A stretch of 64,000 nt of DNA from Octopus vulgaris (lineage: Eukaryota), in the NCBI GenBank assembly GCA_951406725.2, contig OX597814.1, forward strand, positions 111,228,001 to 111,292,000, read 5' to 3'. Numbering within the stretch: position 1 is the stretch's first letter; each line of letters opens with the position of its first letter. A model generated the notes under the pieces. The model saw only the letters and a program-made list of their open reading frames with translations, had not been told where the DNA came from and searched no databases. Positions 51,367-64,000 of this stretch are shown here, in pieces. The position numbers were made by a program, and so were the translations under genes.

Positions 51367-54165
51367 CGTCTTGGGTTCTAAAAGACTTTTTTTTTTTATT
51401 CAATTGCTTTTACATTTAACATGTACTCTGAATCGAACAGGGAAAAAAATGAATCAGAAAGATTGGGAAGTGCATGCATGCCATTGCCTCAGAGGGAGAT
51501 ATAAACAATGAACATGGAATTCCTACTAAAAGGTAGTAAAAGAGAAGATTAACTTTGTCCTAGAAAAGCTGAAATGCAGTTCAAGAATTCTTGTGAATAA
51601 GTTATCAAATATGATTGGAATTGGTTAGAATATTGAATATGGCTGGTAAACTTGACAAATTGGTAAAATGTTAGAATGCTAGATGGAATTATCACCAATT
51701 TAACATCCACCTTTCCATACTTGCATGGCTCATGACAGATTTTCAACACCCAGATGCTCTTCCTGTCACCAACCTTTACTTGTTTCCAAGAGAGGTAATA
51801 TTTTCCCATGACCAGACATATTTCAAAAGATTAGAAATGAAGGGCTTCGTTTGCATGAAAGTGACACTCGTTTACAACTGTTTCATGATATCTAGGCAAG
51901 AAGACAGCTTTGCACACACACACACACACAAATATATGCATTCACATGGAGCCTCCAGCCATAGTAACCAAGCCAAATGAAAATGGACAAGTGAAGTTTT
52001 GTCCCCTGACCATATGAACTAGGACAATAACTCCAAGTGAGAACTGCATGGAAAGCAATGATGATGATGATGATATACCTATGTACAAACATACAAACAT
52101 TTGGTTAACTGTATCAAACACTCAGATTCCAATAAATTCCAGTGGTAATTTATCATGTATGACAAATAAATCCAAATATTGCTTAGAAGAATTTCAAGAA
52201 ATTCGGTTAGAACAAGAACAGAGAAAATTACATCTTTAATTGATGATTACATCACACATTATCAACAATCATTTCCATTGTGCCAGCATATTTAGGCACA
52301 GAAAGATGGTATAAACTATCGGTCAAATTAATATATATATTCAAAAATGTATGCTATTACAATGTTATCAAGGCAATCCAAAACGGGCTGAATTCAAAGT
52401 GAACTAAGAAAATGTCTCCAATAGATGAACACATTCAAAAACAATGTTGAGGACATCAAAAGATAATGAGAGAATAAAAACTAAACAGAAATTCTATATC
52501 ATGACAATTAATTATCTTTCTATTAAATATGCTGAAAACTTTTTTAGAGAAATTATACATCTTAGATTAGAGAAACAGTAATTATAATTAATGGATAATT
52601 TACTGTTGAAATATTTAAATATTTTTCTATATTTATGAGAACACTTCAATGTAAAATTATTTCTACAATTTAATAATTCTAATTTAGATGTAATTATATA
52701 ATACATTTCCTCAAGGCAATAATTACATTTAAAATTACCAGTATTGTCTGATGGTACAAAACTAATAGTGGACCACTTCATATCATATTTAATGTTCCTG
52801 TATGTTTTTTCTTGTGATTTCTCATGTACCAGCTTCTTGTTTTCAAGCAGTACTAATCATATGGCCTGAGCATAAAGATTACTTAGAGACACAAGGCATG
52901 TTACATGAATCTGCCTAATCTCAGAGTCTCTATGGCGAGAAACTATTAGTAGCTTTTATTTTAAATACTGTGTACATTAAATGATATTTATCTCTCACTG
53001 GATGGAGTACTTGAACAGTAATCTATATATATATGTTGTGGCTAAAATGGGGTTCCTATGGAAGATTTCTAGACTAACATTACTTAGCAGGAGGTATAGC
53101 TGGAGATCAGGGGATCTCTTCGGGTCAATAACTTATACGAAAAACATTCAACATTTTTCAAGAGAATCTGCATATTCAGTATAACATTCACCAGAGCTTC
53201 AAACATACTCTGATGAAGCTGTACACAAGCATGGAAATTTGATATTCAATATAGTACTATTCATCATCATCATCATCATTGTTTAAGGTGCATCATCCAT
53301 GCATACATGAGTAGGACAGATGACAGGAACCAGCGAGGTAGAAAATTACCCTAGGCTACTGTGTCTGTTTTGACAGGGATTTTACGGCTGGATGCCCTTC
53401 CTAACACCAACCACTCTGCAGAGTGGACTCAGTGCTTTTTACACAACACGAGCACACTTGAGGTTAGTTTAGGCATGATTTTTACAGCTGGATGCCCTTC
53501 CAAACGCCAGCCATGCTACAGTGTGGACTGGATGCTCTTAATGTGGCACCAGCACTGGCAGGGTAACCAAGTAACTCACAAGACAAGGAGTCATGAGAGG
53601 GGCAGGGGCATTTAAGGAGGGGAACTTGTGTCAGAAAGTGAAAGGTTAGAGTGTGACAAAGAGACAGAAGTGGGTGTCTTGTCACAACAGAGGAGTTGCT
53701 CCAATATCAAATGATGAAAGATTAGAGTGTAACAGAGAAATAAAGAGGCAGAAATAGGTGTCTTGCTATAGAGGAGGTACATGGTTACCCAATGAGAGAG
53801 AGGTACAAGAAAGAGACCAGAAACAAGTATGCTGATGTAAAGGTGATACTTGGTTACCTAGTCAGAGGAAAATGAGAAGTAGAGAGAGAGTAGGAAACAG
53901 CAAAAGTGTAAGAGAGAGCAGAAGAGAGATGGTGTAGTGCTTGAGTATACTCACAAGTAACAAGGATCTGAGTGTTGAACAAGGTTAGAAAAATAGGGTG
54001 GGAGTGTGGGGAGCAGTGATACAGTGAACAGGGCAGTGAGGGCAAAAAAGGGGATTGGAAAACAATCATAATGTATGAAGAGGAAATATGAAAAAGAGAA
54101 AGATGCAGTTAGAAGAGGAGTTGTAGTTTGATTTCTTAGTGGGTGGGACACAACACTTCTAGCGC

Positions 54166-54350
54166 TCAGTTTCGTGGACGGGTTTTCTCTAGAATTTTGT
54201 ATCTCCAAATGTCTCGGTCCACTGTCATTTCCTCCATTAGCCCCAACATCCTAAGATCAGTCCTCATCTCTTCATCCCATGTCTTCCTGGGTCTTCCTCT
54301 TCCACAGGTACCATCCACTTTCAGTGACAGACACTTCTGTCTACAACCAT
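54166..54350 (-). mobile_element. RTE C-terminal fragment
   Basis: KVDGTCGRGRPRKTWDEEMRTDL...DRDIWRYKILEKT. Confidence 0.75.
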
Positions 54351-54687
54351 ACCACATTTAATCCCTCTTATGGCCAACTTTTCTCTCCACACAGTTGTGC
54401 TCTGTCGGTCATGCACGCCAATGCTGCATTTCCAACAGAGCATACCACCTTTGTTCCTGTATATTTTGTTTGTAGGTAATCAGGTGTTTCTTAATGTCAA
54501 ATAGAGTAAAGAAGAAAAGTACAAGGCATGAAATTGTAATGAACTCAGCAAACTGCATATGGAGCATTTCACTAATGGTCCTACCAATGAAATACTATTT
54601 CTACTCTAGGCACAAGGCCTTGAAAATTTTGTGGGGAAGGGGGCTAGTCAATTACATCGACCACAGTGCATAACTGGTACTTATTTC

Positions 54688-55012
54688 CATTATTTACATT
54701 TAACGGATATTTGTCTTCATCTTGTTTCTTGTTAATACGTTTCGGTTGATATACCCTCCAGCCTTCACCAGGTGTCTTGGGGAAATTTCAAACCTTCGTT
54801 CTCATTCCTAAGGTATTTTTCGATGTTGTTGTTATCATTATTATTATTATTATTATTATTATCATTCAGGTCACTGCCTGGAATTCCCAAGACACCTGAT
54901 GAAGGCTGGAGGGTATATCAGCCAAAACGTGTTTACAACAAACAAGATGGGGACAAATATCTGTCAAATGTAAATAATGTACATAATTCCTCATCTCTTA
55001 AATATAGAACTG
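54688..55012. mobile_element. Inverted pair of hammerhead-SINE 3' modules nested in another SINE
   Basis: Minus-strand module, (TTA)n, remnant of the tRNA 3' end, then plus-strand module GACACCTGATGAAGGCTGGAGGGTATATCAGCC. Confidence 0.7.
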
Positions 55013-57129
55013 GTACTTATTTCATCAACCCCGAAAGGATGAAAGTCAAAGTCGACCTTGGCGGAATTTGAACTCAGAACATAGCAGCTGACAAAATAAT
55101 GCCAAGCATTTCAACTGGCATGCTAATAATTCTGCCAGCTTGCTGCCTTCATAACAATGAAATATGTTGTGATATCAAACAAGCACTTTAGTTTTGACAA
55201 ATTATATAATCAGAGAATTGATAACTAATTGGGTTAATTACTGATTTTAATTTTAGCACAAAGTTAGCAATTTCAGAGAAGGAGCTAAGTCAAAGGAGCA
55301 AGGTAAATGCCATGACCTTTTTTCATGGAGTCTAAGACTTGAGGGGTAGAAAGATCAAGGCTGTCTTCATGTTGGAGATCTAGTCTGAAAGTCTACTGAA
55401 GTTAGATTCTTCTGAAGCTGCACAATGGCCAAATGGAGGTGTTAAACTAAATAGTAGATACATTCCAATATCCAAGAACAGAAGTGTAATGGCACAAGCA
55501 GTCAGCACCATATTGGATGAGAACTTGCAGCAGCCATTGCCATCTCCGAGACTGGAGCGAGACCTCACCTGCATCCATTTGCCATGCGTGAGATCACAAT
55601 AAGGCTCACGATTGGCAAACTGTATATAAGGGCAAAACAGAAACAAATTCATTCCTTTTCTCTCCTCTTCTATGCAGCAGCGCTTGCTGAGCACACTTCA
55701 CTGGCTGGGCCTGTCTGCATGTGGTACCTCCAGAAGCAATGTGCCTACACTAATGGAAATACAACACTACTCACACAGCTTGAGATGGTTGCTGAGAGCA
55801 ATGCACTTAACCTGTTCTGTGAAACTTGTAAATAAACCGGTTGTAAATTGCATTTGTACTTAAAGACTTCTTTCCTCGCCTGCCGGAGCCTCAACTACAC
55901 AAAGAACAAGATATAATGGGAGAAGGCGATATTTTCCCAATATCGTAAACCTTGCCTTCCATTATAGAAGCAATTCCTATTATTGTTTCCATCTGTCAAA
56001 TTTCATCCACAAAAGACATTGATTGACTTGAAGCTATCATAGAAATCACTTGCCCAAGGTGCTGTACATTGAAATTGAACCTGAAATCATGCAGATGTGA
56101 AGTGAGCCTCTTAAACACACCAATATGAAGCTAGTTTTTTTTAACAAAAATTAATCTGTAATTTTTATGAAAGATTTTAAACTTAGATTGCTTTAAAACG
56201 GAAAGTTTGGATCATAGAGTCAGAGGTGATCTGAGATTGGTTGGTTTGAAAAGGTTTTAAAATCTGCTGTCTGATGAATTGATTTCTTGGTAATCTGTGG
56301 AATCTCCTAAAATTGGTGCCAAAGATTGTTTAGACCACCCTTGGTTCTATAATACAAACTTTTTGTTTTAAGCTGATACAAAAGTCTTCCACCGAAATTG
56401 CATGTTAATTTACATTCCAAACACCAAATTAATAATTATTTCAAATTTTTGCCATAAGGGCAGCTTGGGGGAAGAGGGGATGCATTGATTACATTGACTG
56501 GTACCTATTTTATCAACCCTGAAAGGATGAAAGGCATAGTCGACCTCAGTGGAATTTGAACTCTGAATATAGCAACGGGTGAAATACTGCTAAGTATTAT
56601 GTCCAGCATGCTAACAAATTTGTCAGCTGACTGCCTTCAAAACACGAAATTAATAATCATTTCAAATTTTTGCCACAAGGGTAGCTTGTGGGAGTTGGGG
56701 ATGAATTGATTACATTGACCCCAGTGTTCAACAGGTACTTATTTTATTGACTCCGAAAGGATGAATGGCAAAGTTGACCTCGGTGTAATTTGAGCTCAGA
56801 ATGTAACGACAAGCAAATTATCGCTGAGCAGTACATCCAGCATGCTAATGATTCTGCCAGCTCACTGCCTTCAAAACACCAAATTAATAAAGAAAAGTCA
56901 CTTTACTATATTCTTCATTATTTTAATAACACAAGGGAACAATTTCGAAGATAATTTCTCTTGGTTTTGTTTTTTCACTTGACTTAGGCTAAGATTGGTA
57001 TTCTGATTTCAAGCTACTGTCAGTTTTTCTCCATCAAGACAAGATTTTTTTTTTACAGCTTACTTTTGGAATAATCACAGTTCTATTCTTTCACAGTCCG
57101 ACATCTTGACAACAACAACAACAATCAAG

Positions 57130-57512
57130 ATGTCGGACAGTGTAGGAAGCAGCACGTTGTCCAGTTCGAAACGGCCCAGGCATTCTTTGTCTCAGGATGG
57201 ATCTGGCGATGACAATGATGACATGTCCAATACAACCAGTACCACAATAGATGATACAATTCCAAGTGAGACCACCACTACAGAACAATACTCGGCGCTA
57301 TGGACGAGGAAAGAATCAGTTTCAAAAATCAAAACTTCAGTATCAGCTTGTAAATTATTTAAAAGATCAAAACCAACCCATTTTTGGTGTACAGGTCAAT
57401 TAAAATCATAAAGAAGGAGAACCAATAATTTTAGCTACAGTTGGTAGCAACAGGGTTGGCATCTACGAATGTCACGAGAATAGTAAAATCAAACTTCTAC
57501 AAGCCTACACAA
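57130..57512 (+). pseudogene. EED: Intronless 5' fragment of Polycomb EED/esc (processed pseudogene)
   Basis: MSDSVGSSTLSSSKRPR..., frameshift near 57280, then RRYGRGK...[58 protein letters not shown]. This matches EED LKEDHNQPLFGVQFN...[20 protein letters not shown]...IRLLQSY. Stop at 57401. Confidence 0.88.
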
Positions 57513-58804
57513 TGGTATTGTTTGTCCATAAGTAATAGGGCTGATCAGCTGCTTTTATTATTTCATTGATAATTAATTTCGCTTTTGGATTTGGTTTGCA
57601 AGATTCTTTATCTGAGTTCATGTGTTGAGGCATATTCTGTTGTGTCTGGGGAGAGTCATTTTCTTTTTGTGCCTTATTATTTAACACTCGCCGGTAAAAT
57701 TTCCACTTTTTTCTTATTTTTATTGTTCTAAAATTTTCATTGCATCTTGCAACCTTTTCAATAGTTTTGAATTAATTAATCTATTGTAATTAATTGAAAC
57801 CACATGATTGCTATGTGTGTTGCTTAACCACACAGCCAAGGATACATCTATATTGCTAAGAAACAGATTACATAGTTTTAAACTTATTTTAAGAAGTTCT
57901 GTTACGTGAGTAAGTGGAAAACAATGTTATTAAGAATTCATATTGTTTTTTAGATTCCCACCAAGAAGTTACTATTAGCTTCAGTTCCTTATCAAGGTTG
58001 TGTTTAAAAATTATGAAAATACTTTAACATTTAACAAAAATAACATCAAAGAGGAAATGCTTGGGTATTTCTACCATTTTTCCCATCATGAAAAAAAGGA
58101 TTATTATAAAGAGAAGAAAATTAGTCAATGATATGCGGGAACCTGTTTGATATTTTCCCAGTGGTTCTCAGGACATGTGTGTTTAGCCTTAACTTGTGAG
58201 AATAATCAGAGTTGCTGTTCCTGCTACTCTATATAGGAATGTTCATGGAATGACTGTTATTTTTATCCTTTTATGTGTTTCAGTCTGCGGCCATGCTGGG
58301 GCACTGAAGAATTTTTAGTCAAATGAATTGAGCCCGGTACTTATTTTTTTAAAACCTAGTACTTACTCTGTTGGTCTCTTTTGTCAAACAGCTAAGTTAC
58401 AGGGATATAAACACACCAGCAGTGGTTGTCAAGCAATGGTGGGGGGAAAATACAGGACACAAAGACTGAAGCACAGGCACACACACACACACACACAATG
58501 CAAAACACAATCTTGATAAGAATCTGAGTTGTAGAAGTGCTGTGTGTTCCACTCACACATAACTATAAAACTTTTCACGCACCATCCTCCACCAAACCAA
58601 GCTACATCTCTCTTCTTCCTCACATTTCATCTTCATGCACTATGCTTATCCCTCACTCTTCACTCCTGTCCACACTATCCTGCACACTGAAACATTGCTA
58701 CCCTCCCCCACCCTGTAGTCTCCAACCTCCTCTAAATACCTAAGTTTTCACCAGTCACTGCAGTTCTCACCCCCACCCCCACATGGTTTGTTTTTGGCTT
58801 TCTC

Positions 58805-59838
58805 AACTACACAGTATAGTAGGGTCAGTTGGGCACCATCTGTGAGAAAAAGCTGCACCATAATGCAATTCACTCTGCCAGAAATTTGGAAACAGCATGC
58901 TGTACTGCTTGTCATTCATGCCAGAAGCTCCAATACACATAATCCAGAGTGTTTGGGTGTCAATCTGAGGACAGTGCAGGGGATTTGGAAAGAGCTGGAT
59001 GAGTCTAATGGTGATTACAAAGGTACAGCAGCTTGGAAAACTCACTCTGATCATTCTGATAAGAAAAGAAATCCTGTTGTTAGCGAGATCCAGGCCATGA
59101 TTGACAATGATTCCTTCAAGTTAATCAGGTCCATCACCAGGGACGCGAGAGTGTCTGATTCTCTTGTCAGGCAGGTAGTGCATGAAGACATTTGGTATTC
59201 CTCATACAAGGTGAGAAAGGGCCAATTTTTATCTCAAGCTATGAAGCTTTTGAACACACTCAAGCATACCCTCCAACTGAACATGCTTTGGTTTTTCTCA
59301 GACAAGAAAAATCTCTGCCAGGATCAGATGGTGAATGCAAAGAACAACCATTGGCTTGCTGTGTCCCCAAAACATCTACTGAGAGTGATAAAAATCAAAC
59401 ATCCAGTCAACATCATGGTGCTTGGAGTGATCACTAGTGATGGCAACGTTATGCCTCCATTCATCTTCCCACATGGGCTCAGACTCAACACAGAGGTCTA
59501 CATTTAGTGCTTGGAGGAGGTAGTGCTGCCCTGGGTCAAGAGGGTGGCTACTAGAAGGCCTCATGTCTGGCAACAGGACTCTGCACCAGGCCACACAAGC
59601 AGGCTAACCCAGTCATGGCTATCAGACAATTTCTGTAACCACACCACTCCTAACATCTAGCCACCTAACTCCCCTGACTGTAACTCCTTGATTATTATGT
59701 GTGGGACACAGTTGAGTGAGAGACCAACAAAACTCCTTGTAACCCCAAAGATGAACTGAAGGCAAAGATTATGGCAGCATTCACCAATTTAAACAAGGAG
59801 ACCATCCAGAAGACTTGCAGGAGGTTCCGAAATCGTCT
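58805..59838 (+). mobile_element. maT (DD37D)-like Tc1/mariner transposase pseudogene
   Basis: WFFSDKK...VWQQDSAPGHT...PPNSPDCNSLDYYVW; stops present; truncated by a SINE. Confidence 0.8.
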
Positions 59839-59931
59839 GGGCAAGTGTCTTCTTCTATAGCCTTGGGCTTACCAAAGTCTTGTGAGTAGATTTGGAAGAC
59901 GGAAACTGAAAGAAGCCCACTGTATACATGT

Positions 59932-59974
<43 letters not shown>

Positions 59975-60270
59975 CCCCCACCATCGTTTGACAACTGATG
60001 TTGGTGTGTTTATGTCCACATAAATTAACGTTTCAGCAAAATGTGTGTGTTTGTGTGTGTGTGTGTGTGTGTGTTCCCCCACCATCGTTTGACAACTGAT
60101 GTTGGTGTGTTTATGTCCACATAAATTAACGTTTCAGCAAAAGAGACCAATAGAACGAGTACTAGGCTTACAAAGAATAAGTCCTGGAGTTGGATAGTTC
60201 AACTAAAGGCAGTGCTCCAGAATGGCTGCAGTTAAATGACTGAAACAAGTAAAAGAATAAAAGAATTTAA
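59838..60270 (+). mobile_element. tRNA-derived SINE (43872 family) with an internal duplication of about 100 bp
   Basis: (TG)n-TTCCCCCACCATCGTTTGACAACTG...CAGCAAAA present twice. Confidence 0.7.
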
Positions 60271-61379
60271 TTACTTATTTATTTATTTAATTTTGATTGG
60301 TCTGAAAAAAAAGTGCTCCAGGACTTTGCACGCCTTCAGAGTTCTAATGCAGTTAACATCTCTTTTAAACAGTCACTAGCCAATGACTGCAGTGGAAACA
60401 TGCACAGGGTTAGAATTACAGTATTTCAAAAGGTTGACGTTTTGAGAGAAAGGACGAATCATATCCATAAGTGTAAGTCATAGGAGGAGAAACACAGTTC
60501 TGGATTAAAAGGACAGCTCTTACACAGTGCTGCAACTTCAGTAACAGCAACATCTGAACTGAAAAAGGATGTCTCCATGTGTTGCCTGATCTGCAAACTC
60601 TCCTTCCTCTTGAACTGAATCTAATCTTTTTGTTCTTTTACCAAAAATATCTTCACCAATTCTCAGAATTCATTTGTTTACCTTCCATTTCTCAGCATTG
60701 ATGATTCTGGAAGCAAGTCAGCCTGCAGACGGGGGCCTTCACATTTACTTGCACACTTTACTTCCAAAGGAAAGGAAAAGAATGGTTGCAGAGTGCTTTG
60801 AGGGGAGAAGGCATGAGACCAGTGATCTCTGAAGAACAGAGGCCACAGCAGTAGAAAAGACAGAGAGAGGACACAGCATGTCTGTGGTGATAAAGGATGG
60901 AATGTAATCCCGTATAGCAGCAGCAGCAGCCGTCCAAGAATTTGGACCTGGAGATCTCCATTCCCAGCGTCTTCGAGGGTCACCCCCCAGTGGTGTCGGG
61001 TGTCAACGAAGAGCCCTCGACTACAACAAGACAACCAAAGTTTTTTTTTTCCAAGGTCAGGGGTCTCTTGCCCCAAAGCCCTAGACAATCACCTATTCAC
61101 CCTTACCCGTCTTGTTGCTTAACAACAGCAGCGGTAGTAGTAGTAGTAGTAGTAGTAGTAGCAGCAGCAGCAATAGAACAAGTAGTAGTAGTAGTAGTAA
61201 AACAGTGGAGGGGTGACAGTGTGTATGTGGAACAAAAGGTTAAAGTGTGCACGAGCGTGACTTCACACCAGTCAATCAAGTGAATTATCTTTTGATGACA
61301 TAAAAAGTAAAAGGGTTATTCAAACAGTTAACTATTTTAAAATGTTTCAGCTGCAAAGCTGCGGTCATGCTGGAGCACC

Positions 61380-62260
61380 ACTGTTGACTGAGCTACACCA
61401 TTATTTGGAACCTCATCTGGTATGTGGCATTTGGTTAATGAGGGAGTTTGATGCTGCTGCCCTCATCTGTGTTTCCTGCCGTGAGGTAGGCTCGTCTGGA
61501 ACCCGTAACAGGAACAGATCCAGTTTTGTTTTAAAGACACCTACATCCACACCATGCAGATCTCTCAGGCATTTTGGAAAGATATTAAAGAGCTGTGGGC
61601 CCTTGAAGCCCAAGCTGTTGCAGTATCTGGTCCTGTATTTTGATAGCAATGCTGAGATCTTTGGCACTATGCAGTGGCGCCCCGTTCTGCAGTTTGAGTA
61701 ACTTTCCATGCAAAAATTTGGTACAAGGCCTTCTAGGACTTTCCAGATGTATATCACTGCATATCTCTCTTTCCTTCGTTCCATGGAGAAGAGTTTTAAT
61801 TCTTTAAGTCTTTCCCAGTAGCTGACATGTTGCATTGAGACGATTTTCTTAGTGTAGCTTCATTGGATTGCTTCGAGTTCCACTGAGGAATTTTTATTGT
61901 GTGGTGACCATAGTTGGGAGCAATAGTCTAAGCAGATGAGAACGTATGTCCTCCAAAGGATCATCAATGTTTCCTTATCTCTTGTTTTAAAAGTTCGGAG
62001 GATCCAGCTATCCAGCCGTCTACATTTTATTACCAAATTGGTAACATGCTCTCGGAAAGATTCATCATTGCTCATGTCAATGCCCAGGCCATGCACTGAT
62101 TTTGATTCAGGGATTTCAATTCCCCCTGGGCCAGTGTATCCTGTCTGCATGTCGTTTAGCTTTGAGTGCTGGTAGCGAAGGGCCTGGAATTTTCCTGCAT
62201 TAAACTGCATGTTGTTGTCCTCAGCCCGCCTGTATATTGCGTCCAACTCCCGTTGCTGAA
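61380..62260 (-). mobile_element. CR1/L2-group LINE RT C-terminal fragment
   Basis: NNMQFNAGKFQ...WILRTFKTRD...LDYCSQLWSP; SYWERLKELKLFSMERRKERY. Confidence 0.85.
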
Positions 62261-63674
62261 CATTTTAAATGGTAACTTATCTATCTCATATGCTTACTAA
62301 ATGATATTTATGATTTGAACTGGTTCACTTTGGCCTAATAACTTAGTTTTAGTTGTCGCCTGCACATGTTAGGAAGGTCTTCGTTTTAAATACTTTAGAA
62401 TTTTTTTCTTTTTCTTTATTTTGAAAATATAAAAAAAATTTTATATTACTTGAGATTTTTCTCTAAATACAAATTTCTCCATTTTCTTTAATGAAGATTT
62501 TTCTTGTATTTCTGTTTTGGCGATGACTTTTAAAACAAAATACGCTCTGGACAAAATACTGAATTATGGGGAGACAACTTGGACTAAATGCTGAATTATG
62601 GGGAGACAACTTGGACTAAACTTAAAGAACTGCTAAAATAAGGGAGTTTTCTCCCCTAGCTGGTTCAGTGATAAACGCGCGCAAATAGAGCCTGACCTAA
62701 ATTTCTATAAAGGAAAACTGATCTGTGATAAAGTTATAATGTTGAATGATAAGATTTCTAGAGACAAAGTTATGAATGATTGTTCGGTCTGTGAGGTGGG
62801 AGTCCGTTGACAGTTTTAGTGATTATTCGAGTAGATTCTTAGCATAATACTTGGCTGCGGTGGTGGGTCTACTACAATAGAAAAATGTGAGATGTATTGC
62901 CATGATTTAATAGGGATCAGATTAACTAAAGGGTTCGTTTATATTTGGGAGATAGAAAGATGTCAAGAGTGTTTTGTGTGTCAGTGCGTCTATTGGGAGC
63001 CGTAGGTGTGATGCTGCTAAATGGCGCAGGTACTTCACAATAGCAACTGGTTTCTTTTGAGTAACAGCCTTGTTTGTGTGAGAGAGGGTCAGAGTCAGGG
63101 GGAGTTAGAGGCACTAAAATGGGGGAAATAATCACACACACACACACACACACATGCGGTGGCAGACTGGGTCTAAAAATACTGGTTGCCAAGAGACAAA
63201 GGGGGCCCACCCGCAACTACAATGCTATCATTTATTTTTTCTTCTGTTAAAAGTATTCTTTTCAACTGTCTGCAAACACACCCAGGCTGAAATAATTAAT
63301 GCATCCTTCCAGGAGTGGATAAAAAATACTCAAACTTGAGTGGATGGGCACCTTAGATACTAACATAGGCCCCCATATAAGGATTTTAATGGCATTGGGA
63401 GCCACTTACTATTGGGCAAGCTGGCAACCTAGCCAGTCTCTCACTGCACACATGCTCACACCCACAGTCATATATTTATACACATAAACATGCCCCTGCC
63501 CCAGTGATTGGGAAACAAGCTTCTTACCACACAGCTATGCTTGTATCTAAAGATTTTTGAAAACTAGAAAGAAATGAAGTGAGCATGCTCCTTTGGATAT
63601 GCAATGTTTGTGTACATAAACAATCAAGTACAAATAAGTTGTGAGAAAAACTGAATATAAGGGAATTCAAGTAT

Positions 63675-63910
63675 AGTGTGGCTGTGGGGTAAGAAGCTTA
63701 CTTCCCAACCACATAGTTCCAGGTTCAGTCCCACCAGGGCAAATGTCTTCTACTATAGCTTCAAACCAACCAAATCCTTGAGAGTGGATTTGGTAGATGG
63801 AAATTGAAAGAAGCCCATTGTATACATATGTGTGTGTGTGTGTGTGTGTGCCTGTGTTTGTCCCTCCCACCATTGCTTGACAATCAATGCTGGTGTTTTT
63901 ATGTCTCCAT
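63675..63910 (+). mobile_element. tRNA-derived SINE (43872 family) interrupted by a CR1 insertion
   Basis: Head and body present; broken at (AAT)n. Confidence 0.7.
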
Positions 63911-64000
63911 AATAATAATAATAATAATAATTGTGTACAGTGCTCAGGTGCACTACAACTCATCTAAAGTGTATATATAATCAGGTGTAGTTTCGGCGGA
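63910..64000 (-). mobile_element. 3' end of a second CR1 copy, running off the window
   Basis: Identical by eye to 31201-31279. Confidence 0.9.

Noticed and set aside
53199-53238. CTGATGAAGCT...AGCATGGAAA as another hammerhead
   Set aside because: Stem II is short and misaligned, with no stem I or III support.
55370-55900. Possible solo LTR (TG...AATAAA...CA)
   Set aside because: No matching TSD or second copy visible; cannot be supported without a library search.
60330-61100. More GC-rich stretch with short ORFs
   Set aside because: No recognisable motif in the frames read, and multiple stops.

Overview
Eukaryotic, AT-rich, repeat-dense genomic DNA. The SINE, LINE and microsatellite content suggests an octopus or other cephalopod (inference). 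Reading splice sites by hand gives one + strand gene with 11 coding exons (4155-51245) in which every intron phase is consistent. It encodes at least 957 aa; the 5'-most exon was not found. The protein has small Cys-pair exons, about 100 copies of a PP(G/V)(N/D)(S/F/Y) pentapeptide, Pro/His-rich and Tyr/Asn/Gln-rich linkers, and a C-terminal domain resembling the transcobalamin beta domain (DUF4430-like). Introns and flanks hold a near full-length CR1-type LINE whose ORF1 has a PHD-like finger and a long polyQ, RTE, RLE and Penelope fragments, mariner and maT transposons, several MITEs, and at least four tRNA-derived SINE families. One SINE family joins a tRNA-like head to a Penelope-type hammerhead ribozyme motif and occurs in inverted configurations. 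Four further, unrelated hammerhead motifs are present. Downstream lies an intronless, disrupted 5' fragment of Polycomb EED/esc. All calls come from reading the sequence; no database search was run.
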